Below, piece after piece: positions 1 through 17,384 of a DNA stretch of 64,000 nt. The first letter of the stretch is position 1; every line of letters begins with the position of its first letter. Under the pieces are notes generated by a model. That model saw only the letters and a list, made by a program, of their open reading frames with translations. It searched no databases and was not told the DNA's origin. Source of the stretch: the human T2T-CHM13v2.0 reference genome, Homo sapiens; assembly GCF_009914755.1 (NCBI RefSeq), contig NC_060926.1; one strand, 5' to 3'. The position numbers and the translations under genes were made by a program.

Positions 1-153
1 ACTGTTCAGATGATCTATATTCTTACTGGTTTTCTGCCTGCTTGATACATCAGTTATTGCTACGTGGTATTGAAATTTCCCACTGTAGTTCTGGATTTGT
101 GCATTCTTTTATTTTGATCAGTTTTTATCTCATGTCTTTTGATACTCTGCTGG

Positions 154-868
<715 letters not shown>

Positions 869-2954
869 GATGATAAGTACACATATGTTTAGGATTGTAA
901 TGTCTTTTTGGAGAATTAATTCCTTGATCATTGTGTAATGTTTTCCCTAATTCCTGATCTCTGTTGACCAGAAATCAGCTTTGTGTGAAATTATTATAGC
1001 TACTCCAACTTCCTTTTGATTACAGTTAGTATGTTTTATCTTATCTCATCTCTTTACTTTTAATCTATCTGCTTTTTAAATATTTATCACAAATATTATG
1101 TAGACATCATCTAGTTGGGTCTTGTTTTCATCCAATCTGTCAGTCTCTCCTTTTTAACTGTATGTTTAAGTCATTTACATGTACAATTATTTAAAATATG
1201 TTTATATTAAAGTATTACTGACTTTGTTCTGTTTATTGCATTTGTTTCTTTTTTGGCCTTCTCTGTTTTCACTGAGATTTTTATGCTTTCCTTTTATGTA
1301 AGCTATTAACTTATGTACATTTAGAAAATTAGATTGTGCTCTAAGATTTATAATGTAGACTGTTGTTGAAATCCTCCCTAAAATAGCATTCTAGTGCTCA
1401 TTTATAATGTAAGTACCTTATAGTAAAATACTCCACGTTCCTCCCTCCCATCTCCTGTGACATCGTTGTAATTTATTTTACTTTTATATAGCCTTTAAAT
1501 ACCCAATATATTATATTATTTACATAACACATGTAATTTTAAAACATAGAAATTTATCTTAAAATAGTACTATTTAAACAGTTATCTTTTAGATCAATTT
1601 GAAATAAGAAAAATTAATATAAAATGTTTACCTTCATTTATAACTTTTCTCATGCCCTTTCTTTTTTCAGTGTAATTCCATGTGTCTTACCTATATCATT
1701 CTTTTGCCTGAAGGAGTTCTTTTAGCATTTTTCTTGAGGCTGGTCAGCTGGCAATTAGGATAATAAGTTATCTATTTTGTTTTCTGAAGAAAGTCTTTAA
1801 TTCACTTCTATATTTTAAAGGTTGATATATGATGTCTGAACATTTTAGGTAGGTGCATGTGGTATTCAATTGATGTTTTCAATGTCTCCAACATACAATA
1901 TTTTCATTGTGTATAGAAATTTCGGTTGGCAGATTTTTTTTCCCAAGACTTAAAGATTTTACTCCACTGTCTTCTTGTTTGCAGAATTTGTTACAAAAAA
2001 TCTTTTTAAATTCTTATTCTTGAGTAGATAAGAAGTCACCCACCCTCCTGCTGGAAGACTTTAAAATGTTCCCTTTTTCTTTGGAAAACAGGACTTTTGT
2101 GTGAGGATTTATGTTGATCTGGCTACTAGTGGGTTTTGTTTGACGTATTTTTTATAGCTTTGTGTTCTAGAGATTTCTAATATCCCAACAACCATTTTTT
2201 TGATTCCTTTATTGGCTTTGGAACATCCCTTTTTGTTGTCCCTCAGAGAAAGTTTGTCTCTTGCAGCTTTCTTAACTGACATCCACTGTCCATTGGAGGC
2301 TTACTAGCCTGGTGCTAGAATGTAGGGGAGGGGCATTCTCTAATCTTAAGTCTAAATTTTTGGAGTGCACTGTTGGTCTTTGTCTTAAAGGTGTGGTCTT
2401 CACAAATATCCGTCTTGCAGGAGAAGAGGTTTGTTGCCCTTATCTTCTAGTTCTTTCTGTGACTGCAGCAAGTGTTTTCTAGGGTCTCCAGTCAATGCCT
2501 TTGAGACCTTTCCCCTAGAGTTCATGACTTCTCATCCCCCCCACACATATGTGAGACAGGGAGGCTAAATTAAAATTGGGGTGGAATGGAATTAACTTGT
2601 AGCAGGGATGGGATTTCACTTTTGTCTTCTGGGAAAGTCTTTCTCTGGATTAAGCTTTTTATTTCATAAGCATTATTTGGGGGGATTTCTTATTAATCAA
2701 GTCTCAGTATAAATTGTTCTTTGGCTATAGTCCCCTTTTTCCCTGGCTTAGTGGTCATCTGTCCCACTGAATGCTCAAAGGACATTGCACACATCTTTTT
2801 TATAAGTTCTCACGTAAGTCAACATTCCAATTATTTGTTTGGGCCTAGAGTCTCTCTTTCTAAATAAGTTATTTTACAAATCAGAAAGCTATCTTTGGCA
2901 CAATTTTAGCATAATACATAATGTATAATAGGTACTTTATAATACAATTAATTA

Positions 2955-3260
2955 AGTCAGTGATTCTGTAAATGTACATTGAGCTCCTACCATATAAAGG
3001 CATTGTTTAAGTTACTGGAAATACATCAGTAGACAAAACAAATGCAATTTCCAACCTCAGGGAGTGTATATTCTGGTAGGAAGAAGACAAATAACAAGCA
3101 ATGAAACAAATATAGTATGTCAGGTTGTGCTAAAAGTAAGAAGAGTAAAGTAAATAAACAGTGACGAAGGTTGTTCTTTCACTTTTTTCTTGATAAAATG
3201 ATCAAGAAAGTTCTCATGTATGAGTTGGCATATGAACATACTTGAATGAAGTGGGAAATT
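2955..3260 (-). mobile_element. L2 3' fragment
   Basis: attgagctcctacc...gttactggaaatacatcagtagacaaaaca...cctcagggagtgtatattctggtagg resembles the antisense L2 3' end. Confidence 0.65.
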
Positions 3261-3679
3261 AATTAAACACTACTGTAATAAGAGTTGAATAATAAATGAA
3301 TTACAGGGACAAGTGCATTCAAGGGTTCTATGGTTTTCTGCATGTGTTTGACTAATTTTGCTCACAGCTTCTGCTTCCCTCATATTGAGATAATAAGCCA
3401 AGTCATAGTCAATTATTTTTGGGAGGGTCTTCAATATGCCTGAGTGATATAATATACTTCTATCAGTTTCAGAAAAGCAATTTGGTCACAGGGAGTAATT
3501 TTCACTAGTAGAAAAAGCACTGCCTCCTTTTCAAATCCTACAACAAAGTATTAGATATTGGAGTCATAAATAAAATTTAACCCTTCCATCCTTAAGTGAT
3601 CTGTATATGCTTTACTATTTAGACCTTGATTCCCCTTAAACAGGCCAACTTAATTTGTAGCTCTATTTGGCTTTGTATA

Positions 3680-3845
3680 ATCTGCTATTATAACAGTTAG
3701 TACATTGTTTTGAAGTTAATTGCTTATACATATATACCATCTATAAGTGTGGGAGTTCTTCCAAAGCGTGGACTGCATCTTATTCATTAGAAACTTTATC
3801 AGGATTCCTGGCACAGAGTTCCTATTAAGTAAGTGTTTGTCAAAT
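3680..3845 (+). mobile_element. L2 3' end
   Basis: gactgcatcttattc...cctggcacagagtt...taagtgtttgt resembles the L2 terminus. Confidence 0.5.
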
Positions 3846-4000
3846 TATATTGATGATTAGCCATTTCTACATTTTAAGTACACCTGCCATAACATTGAAC
3901 AAGCAAATAAATCCAGCGTAGAAAATTCCTTTAGTATTCATGCAGGGACATCTCGAAGTATAATATTGTTGAGGAATATTTTCCAATTGTCCCTTTTAAA

Positions 4001-5032
<1,032 letters not shown>

Positions 5033-6814
5033 TAAGAATCTTAACAATGAAAGACTTTATTTTGAATCTAAGTGACACACAATAATTTGCTATTTTTTTT
5101 GGAGACCTGGAAATCTGAAACTTTATAGTATTGTCAGCCTTTGGCTACTGAAGAAGTCTCTCCATATTCTGATTACTTCAGATAGGATACACTACCCTGT
5201 CATTTCATTGTGCTCTATTAAAAGGTTCTTAATTAAAGAGATCATTAAGAATATTCTAATTCTATTTAATTCTGCATGTAATATATTTGGCAGATTGCTG
5301 ATGGACATAAAGATAAATAGTATTAAAGATTTTTAAACTTGGCTCAATTTTCTTTTTCTTTGCTATTATAACACTTCTGGAAATATTTTTTAGATGTCGA
5401 AGGCCCAGATTCAGACTGGCATAATGAAACTTTACTACTCAATATTTACACACATAGAATTTCATATTGATAAACATTCTCTACCCACATTTTACTAAAA
5501 GCCACTCATTTCATGTGTTTCTTTCTGCAGATAATACATCCCTCCTGATTCCTTACTATCCATACCAATGGAAAATAAAATAAATTTTGAAGCATATATT
5601 CACATTTCCATGAAACAGTAAAATCATGAGCAACTATATTGCTTTCCCATTGCTCATATAAGATATAGTTGGCTCCTTGTTAGAGTTGAAATAATAAATA
5701 AAAAGCCTTGAATTCCTATATTAAAAATGAATATATCAGTTCTCTTCAGGAGAAGGATTAATGTTAAAGGGTCAAAACCACAGACATTCACTCAGGAAGG
5801 TTTTGGTGATCTGTGCCTAGAGGACATTTACTGTGCAACTGATTTAAATTTCAAAGTAACATGGGATCAAATTGTTGTATTGAACAGAATTTAAAAAATT
5901 TTTCCTTGTCCAAATCATATAAAATGCTAGAGTACATGCATTTAAACTATTAAAAGTATACCTGAGCCCACAGACTTGGAAAGGAAGAGCCTAACTGACC
6001 AAAAAGCAAAAGAAAACAAAACAACAACAACAAAAAAATGTCAATTTTGCTAACCAAGAATCAAAGCTAAACAATGCATAAAGTACAAAGACCATATAAG
6101 ATAAATTGTAGGTTGAAAATGAGACACCTACAAAAGAAGAATAAAGGACTATGTACATTCAGTAGTAAGAATGAAGATCCCAGTCTGAAACTGGATTTTA
6201 GGAAACAATGTCCTCATGTATAAACACTGGTCTAGGACTGTATTCTGGAAGTAAGAGTAAATGAAATCACAAAAAATGGAAACCCTGAGCATAAGATATA
6301 AAATTTCAGGGCTCAACTTTGTGCAAACCACATAGTAAAGAAACCATAAGTCTAAAATTTTCAATTTTTTAAGAATTGGTGAACCCAATAGGAGAGAGGA
6401 GAAAACAACCATAAAAATCATGCTCTGGAAGGCATCCACAAGGCATGAACCACATGAGACTACTGAGGATTTAACCTCATGGAATTTGAACTCCTAGACC
6501 ACAGATATGTATATGGGCATATAAGAAAGTGCAATGCTAAGAAAGACAACTGTAAATTAAATAACTGGAAGGATTTATATCTGGGGATTCGATATATTAA
6601 AGTCACTTGAAAAGACCTTTAATATAAATATTCGAAATGTGTAAATAAATAAAGGGATTGGTAACATCCAGAAAATACAAAGAGGGAAATTAGGGAGCAA
6701 GATGAGACAATATAAATCAACAAAGTAGAAATTTTCTTTTTCTTATATTTTTTTTCTTCTATATCTTAGAAGAAACTAGAAGAGAAATTAGAAATCTTAG
6801 AAGTAAGGATTACT

Positions 6815-6980
6815 CATTGCCTGTGAGACGTTAGACATGTTACTTAACCCTGTTCTTTTCAGTTTTCCAGTCTGTAAGATTGGATAACTAATCGAGGTGA
6901 TGTGGAATTTAACATAGTTAAAGCACTTAGAATAGTGCTTGGTGCAGCATAATCAGTCATTATATATTAGCACTTATTAT
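6815..6980 (+). mobile_element. MIR
   Basis: ctgtgagacgttagacatgttacttaacc...cagttttccagtctgtaagat...aaagcacttagaatagtgcttgg matches the MIR core and 3' part. Confidence 0.75.
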
Positions 6981-7061
6981 ATAAAATAATGTGACATTTG
7001 TAAAATATGAAAAGGCTAAAATGAGCAACTAGATAAAAAGTTCTTGCCTATGTTAATATAT

Positions 7062-8794
<1,733 letters not shown>

Positions 8795-9504
8795 TTAGTA
8801 TATTTTAACATAAAAGCTAAAAGTCAGAAAAAAAAATGGGCAAGGCTGAGGGTCAATATAATAATATTGTATATAAGGTTAAGGAAGTTTCAAAGAAATT
8901 TAAACAAATGAGCTTAGAATTAGAAAACAAGAGAAAGTTCAAGGTACCCAAGGATTCGTTCTAGAAATTCCAGTAGATTCATAATATAAACAGGGCACAG
9001 GAGAAGGTTAAGAATAATTTATTAAATAATTATTTTTCTGATTTAAAAATCATATTCAGTTCTAAAGATGATTAATAAAATAAATCTACAACTGAACTGT
9101 AGATATATCCAAAATTGTATGAAAAAAATATATATATTAAAGTAACTTGTCTACTTGTAATACTCACTTTCTACTACTATTTTTATTTTATTATTTAGAC
9201 AAGAATGTTCTTCTTAAGATGAGGCTGGTAGAAAATTTCATTAAGATGAAATTTTAACTTTGCTAAAATAAAATTTCATCAAAATGAACATTTTTAATAA
9301 AATTTTATTTTAATGAAAATCCACTTAGACAAAGGATCATGAATATTCCATTCTTGTTCCCTAACATCTCTTCTCATCTGGGCTATCAAAACACCTAGGG
9401 AAATCTGATATCAGTCTCTTCTCCCCAATGATCCATGAATCTTACTCTTGATATTATTTGAATGTAGTTGTTCCAAGAGTTGCATCATTCAACAACCAAT
9501 AAGA

Positions 9505-10284
9505 TGTTACAGCTTGTCCTGCACAGGTAAAGCAACAAACTGAGACATTGGTTATGTAGCACAGAAATAGTTTAATTATTAAAAGGCAGTGAGCAGTAGG
9601 ACAGGATATATTTCTCAAATCTGCCTCCCCAGGAGCTCAGAGGCTAGAGGTTTTGAAGGAAATTTGATGGGCAGGGGACCAGGGAATGGGTGCTGCTGAT
9701 TGCTTGAGGATGAAATCAATGTCCAAACTGCCTTTTCATGTTGAGTCAGTTTCTGCGTGGGGGTCATAGAACCAGTTGAGTCAGTTCTTTGGGATGAGTC
9801 ACAGGTCTGGGTGGCATCAGTTTGCATGCCCGAATGCAGAAGGCTGAAAAATATCTCAAAGACCAATTTTAGGTTTTCACAGCAAGGATGTTATCACTAG
9901 GAGCAACTGGGGAAGTTACAAATCTTGTGACCTCCAGCTACATGATTCCTGAGCAGTAAGCAAGCCAGAGAACAATGACTGGTTATTGCTTAACTGTGCT
10001 TCTAGCATTGCAGAATTCAGGCACCACCATAATTCTAACATAGTGGCCTTTTCTTAGTTTTACAAAAGCATTTTCAGTCTCTGAACAAGGAGGACCTTAT
10101 TTTCAGGAAGAGTCTATTAACATCCTTGCTTTTAAGTTAATCTATAAACTAAATTTCTACCATAGTTAGCTTAGCCTACATTCAAGAATGAGGAAGGGCA
10201 GTTAGCTTGTGAGGTCAGAAGCAAGATGGAGTCTGTTCCTGTTAGATTTATCTTGCTGTCATAATTTTAGCCAAAGTGGTTTCA
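9505..10284 (-). mobile_element. LTR8/LTR8B-like ERV1 solo LTR
   Basis: The minus strand starts TGAAACCACTTTGGCTAAAATTATGACAG...GACTCCATCTTGCTTCTGACCTCACAAGCT and ends ...GTAACA. Flanks aaga/atga. Confidence 0.8.
9742..9801. promoter_or_regulatory. Cluster of three AP-1 consensus sites (TGAGTCA) in the LTR8-like element
   Basis: TGAGTCA at 9742-9748, 9777-9783 and 9795-9801. Motif only; activity unknown. Confidence 0.45.
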
Positions 10285-11929
10285 ATGATAGGGTGATTTC
10301 TTTCTTTCTTTTTTGAAGTCAGAAAGTCTTTTCCATAGAGTAGTAATTAGATTCCTTAACAAAAGTTAATGGAGATATGAAACCCTTCAACTTTCTCATA
10401 TCTATTCTATTCTGATGTGAGCTTTCTATATTATAATTCAGGTAGCCTAATAAGAGTCAAAGTAACCATATGAAGAACAAAGTTTCACTAGGTTTGAGCA
10501 TAATGCATAGAGTATGGTAGAATCATTTTTAGTTCTTCAGAGTTTTAATGTGTTGAAGAGTTATTTTTGGTTTTTGGTTTTTTTGTTTTATTTTTGAATA
10601 TAAGAGACTTTTTTCAATCAAAATGAACACAAAAATTCTAAACCAAAATGGAATGTAGCTGGGCAAGGCCCTTACTAAATGCATCCCCAATGTTGTGCTA
10701 ATGCTAGACTTCACACACTATACACTACATTATCATTGTACAATAATGGTGAGTCTGTGAATGTTCTGAATCAGGTGTCTCCTGTGTTTTGAGATCAAGG
10801 CAAGGTTGAGCGTAATAGTTATGGTGAGCTTCTATCACACTTTACTTTGGAAAGGCTCTTACCGTCACACACCCAACCCAATTGTCACAACATATTTCAG
10901 TTGGTAATGAATTAATTATGAGCCAATTTAGTTCTGCATGTGTGACAAAGGGAATAGTCATACAGCCTTTCTCATTTTAAAAACACATTTTAACAAAATG
11001 CCAGCATAGATGACCCAAGGAATCCAAGAGACCAAGAAAGAGCAGGGGAGTATAAATAAGGACAAGTTTTGAGAACACATGATTTTGGGAATTTCTGAGA
11101 GGAATTTATTTTCTATCATTGTTTTGTTTTTATGCATGCACATAATGTGTAGAGTAGTTGTAACTAGCCAGCATAGATTATAAGAGATATTTATCCCCTT
11201 TGATGGAAAATTCTGTGGGTTCATGTGCTAGCTCACCATGTCTCGTCCTCATCTGAGAGCAGATATTTCTAACACTAGTTAGTGCTATTTCAAGAAACAT
11301 CCTGTTCGTTTTCACACACTCACACATTCTCTAAATAAATTCGTAGGATCGAGTTAAAATGTTGGAAGCTGGAGACTGCCCCAAGATAGGACAATGCTTA
11401 ATTGAGACCATGCAATTTTGATTCTATGAGGTGAATAAGATATGATGAAGGAACTGGAAAATAATTAATCAATCTCTCAGGTTTGTGAATGTGTTGTAAG
11501 GCAAAGTTGAAGAGTTTTATGGAGAAATTTTAAAGAGAATCTTTAAAGTTGATAATAAGTTGTCTATACACATCTGTACTTAACCAATTCTATCTACCAA
11601 GTTCAGAGCACAAGATCCTAAGCAGTCCCTAAGTAATATTAAAACATGCTGCCAGAAAGCTAAGAATCAATACATCTCCCACCTCTGATGAGTTTATCGG
11701 ACTTTACATCATTGTATTTGGTACTATAACCTCGTTCCTATTTCCATTTTATATTGCTATCTCTAATTACATTAATGAGCAATTTGTATTTATGTAAGAA
11801 GTCTTAAGTTTATTTTAAAGTTAGTTATTTGAAAGCAACTTATTGAAAAAATTACTCAAAAAGTCGTAATATATCTTTTAAAATTCTCAGAATAAAATTT
11901 TTTGAAGATGTCTACATCTCACATGCAAT

Positions 11930-12030
11930 ATATAAGCTGATTTAGGGCAAGGACAGTGTTTTATACACCATACTATACTGCATACCTAAAAAAATGCCTG
12001 ACACATGGTAGATGTTCAATAAATGTGTTA
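11930..12030 (+). mobile_element. L2 3' end
   Basis: agggcaaggacagtg...atgcctgacacatggtagatgttcaataaatg. Confidence 0.7.
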
Positions 12031-13314
12031 TTTTTGTTCAATCTGGTTATTGGCTTGACAGTAGGTGTATAATACTATATTTGATCAGTAAAAATACTGT
12101 AATAATATTCTCAGTTTGGTGTGGATGATTAAGAACAGGAAATAGCAGAGAAAAAAAAACCAGTTGTCTCTTTCTTCTTCCCTACTCAGCTTTAGGTTTT
12201 AGTTTTTAAGTGTAGCTAAAATACTAATCATTTTGATAGGAAAATCTGCCTCAAAAATACTCTCTAATTTGAATAGAATCCATTTGAATTTATGTATTTC
12301 TTCCTTTTTAGTACCAGCTATTTTAAATTATTTAATAGAATAATCTTAAGGCATTGAAAGGGACCCATTCAGCAGGATTTAAGCCAACAAATCAGTCAGC
12401 AATTTCTGGTCATCTCGCAGAGGAATTAAGCATTTTATCCACTCTGTGTATATGATATTTCACATGCCTTCATAATAGAGCTATCAATTTTCTGATTTGC
12501 AAGCCAGTTGACAGAGTTAATACCCCAAAGGGCTATTTCAATGTTAAGCTCCTAAAATTGTTTTAGACTCCCCATAAATTAAACTAAAGTCCAATCATGT
12601 ACAATTTTATCCTTTTGCTTTTTGAAAAAGCATGAATTTTGTATTCCAGAAGCAACACTGTTTTAGAAGAGTAGCCCATTGGTTCTATTTCTTTACATTT
12701 TGATTTTTGATGCTGACTAAATATTCAGGTTCACTGTAACATGCTCTAAGTCGCACAAGTAACAGTAGAAAATTGCTTAACCTAATATTTTTGAAGTTGA
12801 CACTTTAAATACTGGCAGAGCCTAACATAGCTGATCTGTCTATGGTTGTTTGCCTTTGTTAGGTAAAATGAGATGGTTTACAAACAGGCAGGCATAAAAT
12901 TTTGTGTACTATGAGTAAACTACATATTTCAGCTAAAAAATTATATCTTTTGAGAAAAAAGAAATCTTTTTAAAAATACAGAAGATGACAGAGTATGTTT
13001 TGTCATGTTCATATTTTACTTGTACAATTGTCCCGCACAGAATATGTTTGTGGTTTGTTAAAAATCAGCTCTATGTGTGACAAGAAGTTTGTTCCTGGAT
13101 TAGTGTGTATGATTAAGGTTACTGATATCAGTGATATAAACAAACATACTTATGCATTTTATATCATTGTTTTATTTTAAAATTCTGGCCACAAACAATT
13201 TTAATAGGACTCGTGCAATAATTTTTTTGCTGATTAAATAAAATTAAGCTGAAGAAGATGAAAATATACATACATATATCTGCTTGCCTATACACATGTG
13301 CATAAACAATTATA

Positions 13315-13393
13315 TTAGGCCGGTGCAAAAGTAATTGCAGTTTGTGCCAAACTTCTAAGTGCAAAAACAGCAACTACTTTTGCGCTAACCTAA
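13315..13393. mobile_element. MADE1 (Hsmar1-derived MITE)
   Basis: ~80-bp palindrome ttaggccggtgcaaaagtaattgcag...caactacttttgcgctaacctaa, with TA on the left. Confidence 0.9.
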
Positions 13394-14399
13394 CAGTAGC
13401 AAGAACGACACAACCTGGTCCAGCCCACTTCCCCTCTCCTCTTCTGCTCTCTTCTCCAATTTAAGCTCACTCTAAGGCCCCAATTACATCCTGATTACCA
13501 GATATTAAGGATATGTTTTAGCCCCTATCCTACTGTATATTTCAGTGCTTGGTTTTATTGACTGGTCCTTATTCCTGTCCCCCAAACACTATTTTTTGAA
13601 GAGCTTTTTTTAAATGCCTTTCTGTTATTCTATAGTTTTCAAACTCCAATATTTGTATATCCCATCAAGTTTTCTTCTCACAATATTATGTATAGTCCTG
13701 ATTCTTCAACATTAATTTCCCTAAGAAGTAGGTCCTCCTCTTCTCTCTTCAACTTAACTCACTTCTCTTCACTCCTCTTTTCTATCTTTTCTTCTCTTCA
13801 TTTTTAAGGTACTTCCTCTGGAAACTTTCCCTTCATTCATACCAGTAGCTATGACTGCTATCCACCTGCAGGTTAAAATCCTACAGGGGGCTCAATAAAT
13901 GACACCTTTTTTTCTCCAGCTCATTTCTGGCCATACAGAGAAAAAAAAAGATGGAGACTTTGGCATGTAGAAATAAGAGTATCAAATTTATGTTATTGAA
14001 AAAGTCATGTTTTGTGGCCTATATACTTGGATATATAGGACAAAATAATAAATCCCAGTGTAATAGGGGGTTCATTATTTGGAAACCCCTATTATATTCG
14101 GGTTCATTATTTTTTCCTACATATCCAACTATGCCCACCACCTCACTGGCAGTAGTGAACCACTGTGGTCTGCTCTGTGGAAAAATGATTTTTCTCCATT
14201 AGCACACAATACGGCAAAGAACATCAAAGACAACATACTTTCTGTAGACAAGATGACACTCAACACACAGGACAGTGTCAAAGATTCTGAGTTTTGTACA
14301 CTCACTTTTTCCTTTTAAATACTCAGATGTAAATAAAAAGATGGATAGAAGGAAGAGTGATTCAGAAGTAATCTCATCCACAGTGAAACTCCTTTCCAC

Positions 14400-14828
14400 C
14401 CTTAACATGAATGATAACCCTCAAATCAGTATTTGCAATGCAATTCTCTATTCTCAGCTGTAGTCTCAGGAATTCTATAAACTAAAATAATTTTACTCAA
14501 TTCTGTAACTGAACCTTTAAATTCAGCATGTTCAAAATTGAACTTACCATAATCTGCCATCACTTTTCTCTTCTTGTGTTCCTGTATCAGTGAATAACAT
14601 ATGTAGCTAATTCTTTTTTTTTTTTTTTTTTGCTAATTCTTAAAATACTGAAAAATATAATCTTTTACTTCATTTCCCACATGTACTTGGTCAACAAAAC
14701 CTATCAGGTCAACTTCTAACTATTACTTAATCTTAGCTCTTTCTACAATGCCTTCTATCATGGACTTATTTCATGTCTTAATTTCATATCTGTATACCAA
14801 CAAAGGCATTTAAAACTGGTCTTTGTCC
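14400..14828 (+). mobile_element. L2 fragment (continues at ~15787-16260)
   Basis: aaattcagcatgttcaaaattgaactt...aactggtct resembles the L2 body. Confidence 0.55.
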
Positions 14829-15580
14829 AAAATGCAAATCAAACCCACAATGAGATGTCATCTCACACCAGGCAGAGGAGCTATTATTAAAATGTCAAGA
14901 AATAACAGATGCTGACAAGGTTGTGGAGAAAAAGGAACACTTACACACTGTTGGTTGGAGTGTAAATTAGTTCAACCATTGTGGAAGACAGTGTGGCAAT
15001 TCTTCAAACTCTTAAACACAGAAATACTATTTGGCTCAGGAATCCTATTACTGAGTATATACCCAAAGGAATAGAAATTGTTCTATTATAAAACACATCT
15101 ATGTGTATGCTCATAGCAGCATTATTTTCAATAGCAAAGATATGAATTAACCTAAATGTCCATCACTGATAGATTGAATTAAGAAATAAGAAAATGTGGT
15201 ACATATACACCATGGAATGCTATGCAGCGGTAAAAATGGTTGAGATTATGTCCTTTTTAGGGACATGTTTGGAGCTCAAGGCCATTATCCTTAGCAAACT
15301 AATGCAGGAACAAAAAACCAAGTGCCACATGTTCTCACTTATAAGTGGGAACTAAATGATGAGAACACATGGACATATTGTGAGGGAAAAGAGACACTGA
15401 AGCCTACTGGAAGGTAGAAGGTAGGAAGAGGGTGAGATCAGGAAAAATAACTAATGGGCACTAGGCTTAATACCTGGGTGATGATGAAATAATTTATTAT
15501 AACAAAGCCCCGTGACACAAGTATACCTATATAACAAACCTGCACATATACCCCTGAACTGAAAATAAAAGCTAAAAAGA
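14829..15580 (+). mobile_element. L1PA15/16-like 3' end
   Basis: ORF2 C-terminal sequence plus 3'UTR (ggaaaaataactaatgggcactaggcttaatacctgggtg...cccctgaactgaaaataaaag). Confidence 0.85.
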
Positions 15581-15770
15581 AGACCTAGTGTCAAATAGAT
15601 CAGTAGAGTGACTATAGTTAATAATAATTTATTGTACCTTTCAAAATGGCTGAAAGAGAATAATTCAAATGTTCCTAGCATCAAAATATCACATGTACCC
15701 TGATCATCTATACATCTATTATGTATCAATAAAAAATGAATAAATAATACATAAACAAAAAAAATAAAGA
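15581..15770 (+). mobile_element. L1MA-type 3'UTR fragment with A-rich tail
   Basis: gtgactatagttaataataatttattgtac...atcacatgtaccc...atgtatcaataaaaa. Confidence 0.7.
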
Positions 15771-15869
15771 AAAACAGTCTATATCCCTGTCTATTCTACA
15801 ATACTTTCTCCAAACTGAAATCAAAGTACTGTTTCCACAACAACAACAAAAATACTTATTATTATGGTG

Positions 15870-16095
15870 GTAGTGATATTGATGGTTACCATCTACTCTG
15901 AATGTACTATATGTAAGGCATAATTTAATGTAGGTAATCTAACTGACTATGCACAGACACATGCAAGGTAACATAGGTAGTATTATTACTCTTACTTTAG
16001 AGGTGAAAAATTATTTGTCAAAAGTCATACTGTAAGTGGTAGAAAAGGAAATCTGACTCCAGAAATTTAGAAATTAAGCACTTTGCCATACTGCT
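15870..16095 (-). mobile_element. MIR
   Basis: aggtagtattattactcttactttagaggtgaaaaa...gtcatactgtaagtggtag...tctgactccag. Confidence 0.7.
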
Positions 16096-16829
16096 GGATT
16101 TCAAGAGAGCAACTGAATAATTATTTTCTTGAATAAAATCTGTAAGTGGTTTCCCTTTGCCTTTAAAATAATGTCAAAACTCTTGGCCAAACATTTGTGA
16201 ACTGCTCAGATAATCTGTTTTCTCTTCCTTACTATTTAAATGTCTCAGAGTTTACTTTCATTACGACATCATTTCAAATATAGCTTCCACGGTTTACATT
16301 GTGCTCTTCTCTCTACTTTGAAAATCCTGACATGATTACCCTGCTTAGATAATATAAGGAATTCTTGAAATTCTCATAATTAACCCTACCTTCATTTGCC
16401 TCTAACTAGTGAGAAATTGTTTATCTTTTATTCATATTCTGTGATATAGATGGGCCACATTTACTAATGAATGGAGTCACTACTTATTTTGAAGTATGAA
16501 TAGAGTTAATTCCCAAATACTCCGTCCACCATTTCTCACATGCACATACACAGACTTACTCTTTGGTACTGTCTTCTTTTGTATCCTCCCTCTACCTTGT
16601 GACTGGCATATTAACATCTTCCCTGTGGCCTAGTATGCCTAACTAAGACTCTCCCATATGTTCCCTTTTCTCTTTGCTTCCTTTCCCCAGCCTTCCACTG
16701 AATTAGTACACTCACTTCCAACTGAACAAGCCTGGCTAAATTTGGGATCCATACTTTCCATCTATTAAGTTTGAATCTCATGGATCTCCCTCACTGGTCT
16801 CTAAAATTGGTAAGAGAATTATCTTACAT

Positions 16830-17030
16830 TCATAAGACCATAATTTTAATATGGCTTTGCAAGTTATTAATTACATAAGTGTATGAGCCACCTTGCCTCC
16901 ATATTGTCAGTTTTCTTACTGAAGAATGTCCATAGAAATAATTATACCCAATGTAGTTATTTTGAGAATTATCTGAGATAATGTATTTAAAAGTAAACAA
17001 CACATTGCCTTACCTATTAAAAAATCATAG
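16830..17030 (+). mobile_element. MIR (degenerate)
   Basis: tcagttttctt...gttattttgagaattatctgagataatgtatttaaaag. Confidence 0.55.
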
Positions 17031-17384
17031 TATGTAAAACCCACAACTAAATATATAAAACTTACACACAAATACATACTGTTGTGCACAAAACGATTTA
17101 GTGAATTATGGAAACAATTAAGAAATTTTCACTTAATTTCAATTGGGGATCTATCTTATCAGGTTTATTCTCAAAATATTGAAAATCTAATTGCAATAAT
17201 AATTTGTATAATAAAGTAATACTCTAAACAGCTTTAACTAGAACATTGATGTTTCATGAATGTGGGCATAATTCTTAATAATCTTTCTCAAAAAAATGGT
17301 TTTCAGTATTATTCTTTGGTTTTTGGAGTTAGTAACACTTTCAGAAAAAAGAGAAAAAGAAAGAAATGAGGATTTTTATTTAGG

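Noticed and set aside
13951-14463. Cluster of overlapping 60-80 aa ORFs in non-repeat sequence
   Set aside because: No recognisable homology and no convincing paired splice sites.
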